From Diplonema japonicum (taxonomy: Eukaryota; Protista; Euglenozoa: Diplonemea), in contig OZ025678.1 of assembly GCA_964019335.1 (NCBI GenBank), forward strand, positions 248,001-312,000: 64,000 nt of DNA. The letters run 5' to 3'. Below, piece after piece: positions 12,901-25,377 of the stretch. The position numbers and the translations under genes were made by a program. The number at the start of each line of letters is the position of its first letter. Positions within the stretch are counted from its first letter, which is position 1. Below the pieces are notes generated by a model. The model searched no databases and had not been told where the DNA came from. It saw only the letters and a list, made by a program, of their open reading frames with translations.

Positions 12901-15305
12901 TGCATTACTAGAAGACGACCTTGCAGCAGCAAGGGAGAAGGCTGTACGTGAACGAGAGGATCACGACATGATGATCCAGGTGCAGCAAGAGGCCATTGCG
13001 AAACAGACTGCAAACCTTGAGATGCTCCAGCGTGAAACAAAGCGGAAGGCAAAGCTGCAAGAGGCCGAAGAGCGTATCAGGGAGGAGCAGGAGAAGCGCA
13101 AGGAACGCGACGTGCAGAGGAAACTGCAGCAGGCCATGGCAAGGGAAAGGCTGCAGACAGAGATCGACGCCATGCAGGTGAGCGTGATGAAGCTGCAGAT
13201 CGAAGGTTCTGAGTTGTCAGAGAACACTGTTGTAGAGGCAGCTCTGCGTGGAAAGAAACAACTAGAGGGGCAGTTGGCGGAGCTTGAGCAACAGGTCACC
13301 GACCAGGAGGAACGGGAGGGCAGGCTACAAGAGCTCATGCAAGAGACCGCAGAAGCCTACAAGAAGGCATCCGACGATGCCAACGTGCTGCGGCAGCAGT
13401 CGACAGCCGAGCAGACTATTCTTACCGAGAAGCTCTCCGAAGCAAGGAAGCTCCTGGAGCAAGAGAAGGAGTGCGCAGCGTTCTTTGCTGATCAGCTTCA
13501 AATGCAACGCGACGAGGCAAAGAGCAAGGCCAAGCGGGACAAACAGGATGCAAAGAAGCTCACCGAAGAAGAACGATTGGCTTCCGAAAACTTCTCTAGT
13601 CAGTTGCAACTAGCCGAGACAGAGGGTGCCAAGCATATGCGCAAGGTGTACGAGAAGGAGCTGAAAGAGGTATGCACGCCTTCAAGCACACCATATTACA
13701 TTCACTCAGGCGAAAGAAGCTTTGGACGAGGAGAAGCAATGTGCTGCATTTTTTGCTCAACAACTACAAGAGCAGCGGAAGCAGATCAAGAAGCTTGAAA
13801 GCATGCAGAGTGAGCTAGAGGAAGAAAAGAAGTGCGCCGAATTCTTTGCGAACGAGGTGACCAACGAGAAGAAAAAGCGGCGGGACATGGAAAAGGTAGC
13901 TGAGATCCTGGCGCAGGGCAAGAACGAGCAGTCGCAGGAGAACATCAAACAGCTGTCGCTTGCCAAACAGCAGACGGCTGAAGCGAAGGCCGCGTACAAC
14001 GATGCTGTAGCAGATAGGCTCACGGAGGAAAAGAAGAAGGACAAGGAGCTCAAAAAACTACAGCAAAACTACGATGAAATGAAGAAAAAAGCGGAAACGC
14101 CCATCTACATCCCAGTAGTACAGGTTGCCGCCGACACCCAACAAATCGTAGCACCCCAACAAACACTGCAGATCAAGCCTGCCTCAGCACCTCTCGCCAT
14201 ACAAGGAGAACCGAAGGAGCAAGAGAAGCAGCCTGCGCCATCCCAAGAAGAACCTGCCCCAGAGCCGCCTCAATCCGTGCAGCAACGACCTAGAAAACAA
14301 AAGGCTCAGGAACCGAAGATCATCATGCCTGCTTTGCCCAAGCTTGTGAGGGCGGATGAGTCACAAGTCGTAGCTCTTCCCGAACTGCCAGTGGTTGAAG
14401 ACAGTTCCCCACCTCCCCCACCTCCACCTCCGCCGGGTGCTAGCAGCGTGCCCGTGCAAGAGGACGCACCCTTCGACAGTGACAGCAGCAATAGCGACAG
14501 CGATGATGAGTTCATGAAGCTGGCGAAGATCCTTCCGAAGAAGGCGGTACCAAGGGTGTGCCCATTCCCGGACTCTGATGACGACACGTATGGCTACGAG
14601 ACAGGCACTTCGTCGCCTCTCTTCAACACGTCGTTCCAAGGCATCACGTTCAAGGACAGGGAGGGCCGCGCACTCTTCAGGTGCCCGTACTGCGACGTTG
14701 GCTTCCCAGAGGAGATGTCGTCGATCGACCTGCCCGCCTCGTGCCCAACGTGCTACTCGCCGTTTTTGCTTCTATCAAGCATGATCGTGATGATGGTCGA
14801 TGATGATGAGAAGGATCGGGAGCAGGCGAGGGAAGACGAGAGGGCAGGCATGCGGAAACAGGTGACAGACGCAATAGGAACATACAACAACGAACTGAAC
14901 TACGAGGAAAGGCGGCGGCAGATAATGTCGAACTTCGACAGACAAGAAAACCTATTTGTGCTTGGGGAGACCGACAACAGCAGAGCCGAGGCGTTGATCG
15001 AAAATCTTGGTAAAGGGACAGCCACTGCACCTCAAGGTCAGGAATCCTACGAACAGAAGAAGGCGCGTGTTCTCAAATCTGCTTCCCAGACATCTAAGTC
15101 AACGTTTATCGACGACGTGGTGGCCACCGAGGTCAGGCGGCACGAAGATATCGTCTCACGGTGTGCCTGCGGCGTCGCCTTGAAGGGAGCTTGCATCCAC
15201 TGTGAGGACATCGAAGCACCTCAGCACCTCGACCCATCTCTTTCCAAGCAGCTCTGCCCCTGCGGCTCAGCCGAAGTTGGCAGGTGCATCTTCTGTGACG
15301 ATTGA
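9927..15305 (+). CDS. Multidomain J-domain (DnaJ/Hsp40-type) protein with zinc ribbon, two RanBP2-type zinc fingers, tandem Tudor/Agenet-like repeats, long coiled coil and Cys-rich C-terminus
   Basis: Introns 9975-10018, 10081-10117, 10797-10844, 12768-12801, 12856-12889 and 13670-13709 give one frame. J-domain LLGISADSTFADIKKRYRKLAVQVHPDK; zinc fingers WTCTKC..CGTCG and WNCKKC..CKMCG. Confidence 0.75.
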
Positions 15306-15564
15306 ATTTGAACGGGAGGGGAAAAAAAAAAGAGCGGGAAAAAAAAAAAAAAAACCGAACATCTGCTTCTTCATCCTTTTTTTTTCTGTCTTTTTTTTCT
15401 TTCCCAAATTTAAAAGAAGTTTGCTTTCCCGTGTGTGTGTTGTTTTTTTTTTTTTTTTTTTCTTTCCATGTACCCATTATCTTTTCTATGTTTCGTCTCG
15501 CTTGGGGAAAAAAAAAAAAAAAAGAGGGGGAGGGGAGGGGGAGGGGGAGGGGGAGGGAGGGAAA

Positions 15565-17115
15565 ATGCCGAAGTCGATGTCAGAGAACTTGGTGATAACC
15601 GTGGACGACGGCCATGGTCTGGACTCCCCAATGGCATACGTGATGGCAGCATGTGCCTTCATGGTGCAGTTCTCGGTACTAGGAGGCATCAACAGCTTTG
15701 GAATATTCTTGGACGAGTTCCAAGACGACGAAGACCTAGGGAAACCCTCCAAGAGCGAGGTGTCACTGGTGGTGTCCTTGGCAAACGGATTAATCCCTTT
15801 CGTGGGAGTGTTCACAGGAAAGGCGGTCGACAGATGGGGCCCTAGGATTATACAAACCACCGCTGGCGTCACACTCTTCGCAGGATTATTTCTATCGTCA
15901 TACTGCAGGTCCTTTCCGTTGTTTTTATCATGTTTCGGGTTGATAATGGCAGTCAGCGGTGGGTGCACCATTGCACCGGGCCTCGCTGCTGTGGGAAAAT
16001 GGTTTGACAAAGACCGCGCGCTTGGTTTCGGGATAACATACGCCGGTTCAAGTGCGGGAACGACGGTGGTACCGTTTGTAGCACAGCAGCTTAAATCAGC
16101 GTACGGCGGCGATCAATGGAGAATTCCTTTTAGATGGCTGTCTCTGTTTTCAATTCCCGCGGTGATAGCAGGCTTACTCATCCGACCCAGGCTTCCTTTA
16201 GACCATGTTCACACCGATGCACCGGAACCCTTGAAAACAAAACAGATACTGACCAACAAAATCGTGATCGTTCTCTTTTCAACAGGGTTTCTGTTCGCAT
16301 GGGGGTTCTTCACATTTGTGGTGTATGCAGTGGCGTATGCTCAAGCAGGCGGGGATTCTCCTTACGAGTCCCGTTCCACTGTGTCAGATTCAACAGCAAG
16401 TATTGTTCTGTCCGTGTTTGGTATCACACAAACTGTAGGAAATGTTGTGTGGGGCATCGTGGCACAGAAACACGGCAACCCTGTTACGTTCAAATACTGC
16501 AATTTAATATGCGGGTTTGGAATGGCGGCTTGGCCGTGGTGTAGTAAAATCTCAACGCAAATGGTGTTTTCTGGTTTGTTTGGGTTCTTCGTCTCCGGAT
16601 GTCTGACATGCTACCCTGGTGTCATTGCAGACCACTTCGCCGGCCCACAACTTGGAAATATTTTGTCCATTATTTACCTGGGGTTTGGATTGGGTGGTCT
16701 TGTAGGGCCCCCCAGCACGGGGTTGTTCATCGAAGCTACTGGAGGTAGTTATTTGTTGCCTGCTATGGTGTGTGCTGGGAACTATATTATCGCGTACTTG
16801 TTGATGCAGTTTGTTCTTCCGAAGAACCCAACTGCCATGGAACGGCTTCCAGGTCTGTTGGAGCCTGGTAAGCAAAACACTATCGATTCGTCTCCAATCT
16901 CTCCTATGGGTAGTGGTAGGCATAATAGGCCGAAATTTGAAACGGTCTCAGACTACGAGGAGGAAGAACGTGGTGTCTGCACCCCCGCTACAGAAAAAAC
17001 ATCGTTGTTGTCAAAAAGCGGTGTTGGGACTTATGCCGCGCACGTGACGCCCCCATCTGTAACTCTTTCACCTTCGACCCCTCCGTGTCCTGTAGAAATT
17101 ACTAAGCAAATTTAG
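15565..17115 (+). CDS. Major facilitator superfamily transporter, monocarboxylate transporter (SLC16/MCT)-like
   Basis: About 12 hydrophobic segments; motif A GKAVDRWGPR; MCT-like GKWFDKDRALGFGI; start MPKS after a purine/homopolymer tract. Confidence 0.85.
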   Translation: MPKSMSENLVITVDDGHGLDSPMAYVMAACAFMVQFSVLGGINSFGIFLDEFQDDEDLGKPSKSEVSLVVSLANGLIPFVGVFTGKAVDRWGPRIIQTTAGVTLFAGLFLSSYCRSFPLFLSCFGLIMAVSGGCTIAPGLAAVGKWFDKDRALGFGITYAGSSAGTTVVPFVAQQLKSAYGGDQWRIPFRWLSLFSIPAVIAGLLIRPRLPLDHVHTDAPEPLKTKQILTNKIVIVLFSTGFLFAWGFFTFVVYAVAYAQAGGDSPYESRSTVSDSTASIVLSVFGITQTVGNVVWGIVAQKHGNPVTFKYCNLICGFGMAAWPWCSKISTQMVFSGLFGFFVSGCLTCYPGVIADHFAGPQLGNILSIIYLGFGLGGLVGPPSTGLFIEATGGSYLLPAMVCAGNYIIAYLLMQFVLPKNPTAMERLPGLLEPGKQNTIDSSPISPMGSGRHNRPKFETVSDYEEEERGVCTPATEKTSLLSKSGVGTYAAHVTPPSVTLSPSTPPCPVEITKQI

Positions 17116-17269
17116 GGGGGAAAAAAAAAGGGAGAAGTGGAAATAGGCGGCGAAAGAACATCAATGGTAATATATGGGGTTTTTCCCCCCCCTACTTTTT
17201 TTTGTAAAGAACAAGTTATCTTGGTTTTGTCTAAAGCGCGGTTGAAACCGTGTTTTTTTTTTTTTTTTT

Positions 17270-17840
17270 GTCCCAGTACCTGAACCCGCTGCTACAATGG
17301 TTGTCACAACTGCGCTGGGTGGAGAAGGACACCACCTCGGAGGTGTCGGCGGTGGAACTGGCCATTGACTTCGAATGGACGACCGGAAAGTCTTTGGGAG
17401 GCCTGCTGGAAGATAGGGCGCGCAGAATCAAAGCTCTCATCGTAAAGATAAACACAGCATGCAGGGCACGGAAGAAGCGACGCCCCTTCCCAGCGGACGA
17501 GAGAAAAAGAGTGAAGTCCCTCATCGCCATTGGAGGAAAGGCAGCTATTGGTTTCTCCAGGAGGCCAATTTTCGCCACCCGCTCCACGCACGACAAGCTA
17601 ATGGAATTGAAAGCCGACTACAAGCGGGACCGCATCACACGACTCCGCAAGACGCTCACGGCCTCAATCGGAATGAAAGCAATGCTCCAGAAGGGGAGTA
17701 TTAACAGATAGACCCCCCCCTCCCATAGGGCGGCCCTCTAGCGGGGGGCTTGTCCTGTACTTTGAGTTTTTTTAATGGGTTTTTATAAACTTCTCTAGGT
17801 TTGTACCCGGCACGTACAAATAACGGTTGTTCTTCTTTTT
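17270..17840 (+). mobile_element. 5'-truncated 3' fragment of a non-LTR retrotransposon related to the element at 50169-57582
   Basis: LLQWLSQLRW..EVSAVELAIDFEWTTG aligns with LNDWLSMLEW..QISSVELAIDYEAFSG in ORF2 of the large element, and IGFSRRPIF with YGYRRRPRF. Followed by stem-loop TTTGTAC-ccggcac-GTACAAA and a (TTC)/T tail. Confidence 0.65.
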
Positions 17841-18817
17841 TTTTTTTTTTTTTTTTTAAAGTGAGAGGGAACTGTGCGCTTTATGCATCATGTCTCACGG
17901 ATGCCATTGACTTCACTTTTTTTTTTTTTTTTTGTGGTTACGATCCGTCTCGTCGGCGGCTGGAAAGAAATTGGAGAAAAAAAAAATGTAAGGCTCTACT
18001 TTGGTAGGGATGAGTACGGCGTGCGTACATATACACGATTGAGGGAGGGGGGAAAGAAAAAAAAGAAGAAGAAAAAAAAGAAAATTAAAAAAAAAATGGG
18101 AGAAATGCTAGACCCCTGATCAAACTCAGCCCCCCTTAGTGTCCAGGGGTGCTCAATTTCTGCCCCTCAAGAAAATGTCTCAAAGCACCCCCCCAAAAAA
18201 AATCAAATTTGGTTTTTTTTAAACCGGTCTAAGTTAGAAGTTTTTTTTTAAAAAAAGAAAATCATGGAAGGGGGAAAGAATTCAGAAGAAAAATGTTCTT
18301 GGAGGGCAGTCCAGGGGGGAGGGAGATGGATTTCCTCTGATGATGCCCCCTCTGTGCTGTTCATGGACAAGGGAAAAGAAAAGCAAAAAAAAAAAAAAAA
18401 AAAGTTTTATAATATCTTGCTTTTTTTTTTTTTATCAGTGGGTTTTATAAAAAAAAAATTATAAGTATCTTGCTTTTTCTTTAATATTTCAGTAGATTAT
18501 ATTGTTTCCTCCCCCTTCATCATGGTGTATTATTTTCCTTTTATTCACCAAAGAGGAGAAACTGCAGAAGGGAGATAAAATGTAGCTTGTACGCCAACAG
18601 GGGGGAGGGCATTTCCCTTTTTTTTTTTAGGGGTTAGGCGATCCTGTCACATACTGTAGGTTCCCTTCAAAGAGATTTTTTTTTTCCTCTCTTTTTTTTT
18701 AATGCTTTCTTTCCAGCGTCCCTTTTCTTCTTCTTTCCGTACCCCCTCCCCCCCTCTTCGTCCTTTTTTTTTTCTCTTTTCATAAAACGATAGCATCATT
18801 AAAACAAGCGGGGATGT

Positions 18818-18857
<40 letters not shown>

Positions 18858-19046
18858 ATCTTTAGATTCTGACCCCAAAGCCTGGTTTGTCCTCTTCGTC
18901 CCATCAAAACTTAGCAATCACCACCTCTATCGCACTGTCCAAAAAAAAAAAAAAATTCCCACAGGGGGCAGTTAGGACTAACCTTTATTTTATCCCTTTT
19001 TTTTCACCCCTTTCTCAAAAAAAAAAAAAAAAAAAAAAAAAAAACA

Positions 19047-19877
19047 ATGTCCGACGAACAGAAGACCCCTGTCGATGTCCCCCTCGAGTCCGACGACGAC
19101 TTCGACGAGGATGAGAAGCTCATGCTGGAGAGCCACATCAAGAAGAACCAGGCTTCCGAACCCGCCAACTTCACCATGCTGTACGGGCTGGTCTCCTTCA
19201 TGACGGTGTTGACCGTGAGCTACCTCTTCCAGGTAATTTTTTTTTTTTTTTTTTTTTTTTACAAAAAATTTTCACAGACCGTTCTCGACCTTAACTTCCT
19301 CGACCCCATCAACGCTGCGGTGTACCTTGTGTCTGGTGGTGTTGCGTGCTACTTCCTTGCTGACGCTTACCTTCAAATGTACGACACTGAGAGCAGCAAG
19401 GCACTGTCTGATGACTACGGCAAGTGGATCAAGGAGCTCGAGTCGAGGAGGGGGAGGAAGGCCGACTCCATCAAGAACAAGTCCACCAAGGTGACCGCAG
19501 TTCCCACGTCCCTCAGGACCGCCAATGAAATCTACGCCGCGACGGGGAAGTCCGCCGACACCTGGAAGACCCTTGACAAGCAGGGCAAGCAGAGCTACAT
19601 TGACCAGGAGGCCGCAGAGGAGGTTGCTTACCTCGGTGGTGAGATCTCCATCCTCAGAAACTTCCAGTACCAGAGGTCCATGGGCTGGGCACTCCTTCTG
19701 TGCAACCTCCTCTTCGTGTCCTTGTCCGTTGCTGTTGCGCACATTGTGCTCAGGAACTACGACAACCGTGTTAACTACATTTGCAGCACTCTTGTGACTT
19801 CGCTCGGAGTTCAGCTTGTCGCCAAGCACAACGATGAGGCGGCCAAGGCCAAGGCAGCTGCCAAGAAGAGGAACTGA
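19047..19877 (+). CDS. SSR3: Translocon-associated protein subunit gamma (TRAP-gamma)
   Basis: Four TM segments; EDEKLMLESH resembles EEDLLLQDF; C-terminal NLLFVSL..VLRNYDNRVNYICS resembles NTLFLVV..ILKNFNPTVNYILS. In-frame 45-nt intron 19233-19277. Confidence 0.75.
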   Translation: MSDEQKTPVDVPLESDDDFDEDEKLMLESHIKKNQASEPANFTMLYGLVSFMTVLTVSYLFQVIFFFFFFFYKKFSQTVLDLNFLDPINAAVYLVSGGVACYFLADAYLQMYDTESSKALSDDYGKWIKELESRRGRKADSIKNKSTKVTAVPTSLRTANEIYAATGKSADTWKTLDKQGKQSYIDQEAAEEVAYLGGEISILRNFQYQRSMGWALLLCNLLFVSLSVAVAHIVLRNYDNRVNYICSTLVTSLGVQLVAKHNDEAAKAKAAAKKRN

Positions 19878-20382
19878 GAGAAGTAAAAAATTTAAAAAAA
19901 AATTGTAAGTCCAACCCCCCCATTTTTTTTTTTTTTTTTTTTAGTGTTTTTTTTTTTTTTTTTTCCTATTTTCTCTCACATAAGTAGGAATTTTTACCCA
20001 CCCACCCCCTGCGGTTTTCTTTACTTGAAAAAAAAAAACTACAGAAAAAAAAAAAAAAAAAAAAGAACGACTTTTTTTTTCTCTCCGCTTTTTTTTGATG
20101 TTTTTTTTTTATGTGTTCCCTCATAAGTACGTAAACCATAAAAAGTTTCCCCCTCCTTTCGTTTTTTTTCTTTTTTTTTTTTCCTTTTCCGTTTTTTTCT
20201 TTTTTTTCCCCCCCTTTCCCCCACGTTTCCCATACTTTTTTTTCTTTTCCTTTTTCTCCCTCCTTGTTTCCTTTTTTTTTTTCTTTTCCTTCTTTTTTTC
20301 TTTTACTTCGTTTTTTTCTTTTCCTTCTTTTTCCTTCCAAAAGTATGGACACGACAAGGGGAAAAAAAAAGAAGAAACAAAA

Positions 20383-22387
20383 ATGCCGTCGTCAAAAGCA
20401 AAAGCGTTGAAAAAGCAAGAGGAAGAGGCGAAACGGCAGGAGGAAATGAACAAGCGGGCACAGGACGCAGCAGACAAGCTCTTTAGACAACACGAGAGGG
20501 AACGGATCCAAAACGAAAAATGCGACAAGGTCAAACGGGAGAATGAACAAGTCATGATCCTCCTGGAAAGGGACAGACTGTCCAAAGAAAAAACCCTCTA
20601 CACCCCCATAGCCAACGAAAAACAGTACCGCCTCCACCTCGCCCTCAAGGAATACCAAAAATACCAGGATTGGGAAAACGTAGTAAGCCAAACCTGGCTC
20701 CCCTCTGTCGACTCCGAAGCCGACATCAACTCGTTCCTCTCAACATGGGAAACAGACGGCAACGCCGCACGCGAGGACAGCAAACGCGATTTAAACACCG
20801 ACTTCGCCATGATGGCAGAGGCCCACGACCTTATTGAGTTAATTCTAGCAGAACAGGACAACGCAAGGTGCAAAGAGGCAACTTCGAAGCAGCCCCACCC
20901 CCGCATCGCCTTTCACAGGAGAAACCTCATGAGAATATACGAGGCAGTACTAACAAAACTAGATGAAATGACCGCCAATATGCTTCAATATCTGGACAAG
21001 TACGTCGATCGTGATGAAGAACAAGGCATCACACTGTGCAAGGAGAACAAAGCCCTTCGTTACGGGTTATGGGCGGGCGACCGTCGTCCCCGACACAGAG
21101 GCGTGGATTACCGAGAGCTTGGGGTTAGTATGGGGCCTAAGGAAGGAGCGTATCTTCCCAAAGCTCTCGATCTTGTCAAGGAAAGAGGCATTCGCGTTAT
21201 GCAGTTAAACTTCGACCCGATGTCGCCCCGCATCGAGGAGGCCCAGCAAGGCTCGCAGTACCGCACGTTAGGCTGCGTTGTGTTCATAGAGGTGATGCAG
21301 TACCCGAAGCTCCCGCAGCAGGTCAAGGAATGGACCTTACGGCACGAGACAACCCTTGCGAAAGGGTTGCAACGGCACCCGTACCCACCGTTGCAAGCCA
21401 CCGACAACGAAGCGAAACCGATCAAAGTGTCGTTTGTCGTCCCCCCAACTGTTGTCGTCAGGCACTTGGCACCCTTCATCGGGATATGGTCGCAAGACGA
21501 GGAAACATGGGTCATGCAGGGAACAAGCGATTTCGATTATAAACGTGACACACGGACGGTTACCTTCGCTACGCAGCACTTGTCGTGCATGGCGATTATA
21601 CAGGAGAAGGGCTTCGATGTGCCTTATGAGGAGTGGTCGTTGATCCCGCAGAGTGACTCGGAAGTCTTGTTCGTCATTGAGGGTAAGCGCCGTGGGGAGA
21701 TCTCCGACCGCGAGGTGCAGATCCTCATCAAGGATAATAAATGCCGTGTCGTCGCGCCCGACGAACCCGAGCTGGACAGGCTGTGCGAGTCGTGGTACTC
21801 CCCCGCCACCCTCCTCAGGCATCTATGCGATTCTGGGTATAATTTTATCTTTACCGACAAGGATGCCGAGTACTTCCCTGATGTGCTGCCGAAAGCGAAG
21901 AAAATGGAACTTCAAGCTTATGAAGACATCTCGAACTTCTGCTCGGTCTACGCCTTCGCGTCCTCAAAGCACAACGCAGCCCGTGCCGGGTTGCAGCCAG
22001 GCGTCACTTGCGAGGACCCAACGCTTGCTTTGTTCAGAACGTCAAGGGTATGGAAGAAAAAAAAAAAGAGAAAAACAAATACTCCACTAGGAAATGCGAC
22101 CGGAGAGCCAAGACACGCCCTTCAAGCCCGACAACGAGGACACACGGTGGTGGACCATCCGGTATGGGATAGGGTCCTGCGCCATCACGAGGTGTGAGGA
22201 GACCAGCGACACCGCTGACATCAGGATCCCTGATGGGCACGAGTCACACCTCAACCTCTTCATGTGCCGCTCAGCAGACCCCGAAGCCGCTGCAGAGGTG
22301 CACAGGCGGTACGACAACGGCAACCTCCTTTTACACACCGCTGTGTTTGAATTGCTGTGCATGACGAGACCATTAAGCTTCGGGTGA
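20383..22387 (+). CDS. DNAI7: Axonemal dynein intermediate chain IC97/CASC1-like
   Basis: Charged N-terminal coiled coil, then WLPSVDSEADINSFLSTW and LRYGLW motifs typical of Casc1_N. Intron 22048-22090 joins the final exon EMRPESQ...MTRPLSFG*. Confidence 0.7.
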
Positions 22388-22454
22388 ACGGGGATATTTA
22401 AAAAAAAAGGGGGGGGTGGTATTCTGTGAATAGGTAACCAAATGGGGAACTTTC

Positions 22455-22489
<35 letters not shown>

Positions 22490-22569
22490 TTCTTCCCCCC
22501 CTACCCCCACCCCCGAATTGTACGTAAAATCAAACACAAAAAAAAAGGGGGCAAAAAAAAAAAAAAAAA

Positions 22570-23434
22570 ATGATCGGTGTTATTTTCGGTAGTGCAATTC
22601 TGTGCCTGTTCCTGTGGACGATGGTGCTGAGGATGCGTATCAAGGCGCTTAACAAGGTTGCTGGGTACTGGTTCGGCTTAGTGACAGCATGCTGCATGCT
22701 GGGGGCGTTCTTGGTGGTCAAGACAAGCGCGGCCCTGCTGCCCAGGGGGATCACCGAAGTGGTGTCGTGCAGAACTGCAAAGATCGCCTTTGCCACTACA
22801 CTGTTTCTGAACCCTCAGATAAACCTGAGGCAGGAACTCGATTGGTCAAAACTCCCAGACAAGTGCATGCTGCTCCTGAACCACACATCATGGTTCGACT
22901 CGGTCGTCTTCACGGCTGTTGTTCCTCTCTCGTTCATTTCACACTTCAGGACGCTTCTCAAGGCCAGTTTAATGAATCTTCCTCTTGGTGGTGCTATCTT
23001 CAAGAATGCGGGTCATTACCCGGTTTACTTCATTAAAGACTGGGGTGTTGATAAGGAGAAGCAAGCTCCCGTTACCAAGAGGATGAACCAGTTCATCAAG
23101 GAGAGCGACCGTGCTGTGATTTCTTTCTACCCCGAGGGTGTCGTGAACAAGGAACCCGCTACCCTTCAGACCTTCCGTCGTGGGTCCTTCGCCACCCCCA
23201 TCGAGCACGACCTCCCCATTTATGCCTTCCTTGCGGTGGGGAATGATGTTACATGGCCTGCTGGAGGGTTCCCTGGGCAGCCTGCCGATATTGATTTGAA
23301 GCTTTTCGAGGTTGGAAAAAAAAAAAAAAAGGAAAAAAAAAAAAAAAAAAAAAGGTCACACCTGCGATGTCAAAGCTCTCCGAAGATTTGAGAACCCCCC
23401 AAGCCCTGTCCGAACACTGCAGGGATGTGATGCA

Positions 23435-23469
<35 letters not shown>

Positions 23470-23563
23470 CTTTTTTTTGAAATCTTATTATTATTTTTTT
23501 TTTTTTGTACAGGAACTCGACTCGATGCTCGCAGCTAGGTCCGGTAACAAGAAGACCATCTAA
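22570..23563 (+). CDS. 1-acyl-sn-glycerol-3-phosphate acyltransferase (PlsC/LPAAT family)
   Basis: Motifs NHTSWFD (HX4D) and FYPEG, plus TFRRGSF; N-terminal TM helices; introns 23311-23354 and 23439-23512. Confidence 0.85.
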
Positions 23564-24157
23564 AAAAAAAATCTTTTTTTTTTTTTAGCTCACCTCTTCT
23601 GTCTACTGCCTAGAAAGAACACGAAAAAGAAAAAAAAAAAAAAAAAAAAAAGCATCCAAACTTCCTCTTCTTTTTTATTTATTTCCTCCTTCATCCCTTT
23701 CCTCCACACAGCGAAACTTTTGTCGATATTTTTTTCTTCATTTATTTTTCTTCTGGGAAAAGGAGAAAATGAGCAGAGAAAAAAATAAAGCATGATCATT
23801 GCTGTGCCTCCGTTAGTATTTATTTCATCTTTTTTTTCCATTTTTTTTTCTCTTTTTGGGGGCAAGAAAGAAAGAAAGAAAAAAAACAAAATATGCCGAA
23901 TGTGTCCTCCGGACTCTGATACCATATTGATATCAAAACAAAACAAAAAAAAAAAAAAAAAAAATACCATCATACATAGCTCGTTATAACGTCGAGTTAA
24001 CCAAAGAAAAAAAAAAAAAAAAAAAAGCGCGTAACTAATACCGTTATATCGGTGCAATGTATGAGTATTGTCATCCCCTATTTCCCTCCCCCCCTTTTTT
24101 TTTTACGTTTCAAAAAAGATTTTTCGTTGTTACTAGGGGAGAGAGAAAAGAAAAAAA

Positions 24158-24491
24158 ATGAACATTAACGTGAAAACCCCTGACGCTACCATTTCGGTAG
24201 AAGCACAGCCCTCATGGTCGTGTGCGCAGCTTAAAGAAGCGATAAGTAAACAGATAGGGGTTCCCACCTCTTCTCAGAAGCTGACTGTGGGAGGAAAGAT
24301 TATGAAGGATGCGAAGAAGCTCGAGGACTACCCTGCCGCAGGCACCCAAGCGGTGAGCCTGGTGGTGACCGGCGGGAACGCAAGCCGAGGCAGCTCTGCC
24401 ACAGAAAGTAAGGGTTCCTCTGAGAGGCAGCAGATCGATGGCATTGTGCAAGAATTCATCCAGATCATCAAGGCGAACAAAGAGGTTTGGA

Positions 24492-24523
<32 letters not shown>

Positions 24524-24626
24524 GTTCCTATCTCACACCCAACCCTAGGCGCAAGCTATGTACGACAAATATAAGGGTGATGTACCCGACACAGCTGATC
24601 TGCAAGCTGCACTTGGTTTGTGATTT

Positions 24627-24660
<34 letters not shown>

Positions 24661-25377
24661 TGTTGACGGCCTTGAATCCGTGAAGACAAAGGTTCTCGAT
24701 GAGCTGACGAAGGTTCTGGGGGGTGACTGGACACCCTTTGACCAGTACCACAAGCCGCTCAGGGACTATGCCATGAAGCTGCTCGGTGACGGCGAAATCT
24801 CTCTCGAGAAGAGAGACAGCTGGGTGGAGAAGGGCGGTATGCTTGATGGAAAAAAAAAAATCTTTTTTTTTAAAACAACACCCCACAGCCACCATGGGAA
24901 TGGAGAAATTTGCGGAGTACCCGTCAGTGCAGGAGACCATCGCCAAGGAATCTAAGGACGACCGTGACCTTGTCAAGGAGCTCATCCCCGTCGCGAAGCT
25001 GATCGCGCGAAGGGCCATGGACCTCTTCATCGACGGGCCCAATGCAAAATTCTCCAACGCCGTCACCTTCGGCGACCAGTCCCGTCTTCTTGTTGTAACA
25101 GCCGTCGGGGCCATGCTCGACGTTATTATCGACTGCCTCAAAGACGGTAAGCCCCAATGCAACGCGCTCATGGCAAAGATCTGCGGTGCGGTTATCGAGA
25201 AGCTTGCTGAGCGCATGCCAGAGTACAGCACCCTCTTCGCGTTTGCCGGGCCGATGACCATGAACCAGGTATTTTTTTTTAAATTTAAAAAAAAAAAAAA
25301 AAAAAAAAACATCTGTACAGATTGTTGTCTGGCATGACGAGTACCTCAAGGACATCAAGGGTAAGAGTTTCCCGTGA
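24158..25377 (+). CDS. Protein with N-terminal ubiquitin-like domain and helical C-terminal region
   Basis: MNINVKTPD..LKEAISKQIGVPTSSQKLTVGGKIMKDAKKLEDY is ubiquitin-fold-like. Introns 24485-24548, 24616-24659, 24837-24888 and 25269-25320 keep frame. Confidence 0.75.

Noticed and set aside
17861-18045. Possible snoRNAs (GTGAGA/TCTCAC hairpin; GGATGA...TTGA)
   Set aside because: No proper AGA/ACA box or canonical C/D boxes; cannot be supported.
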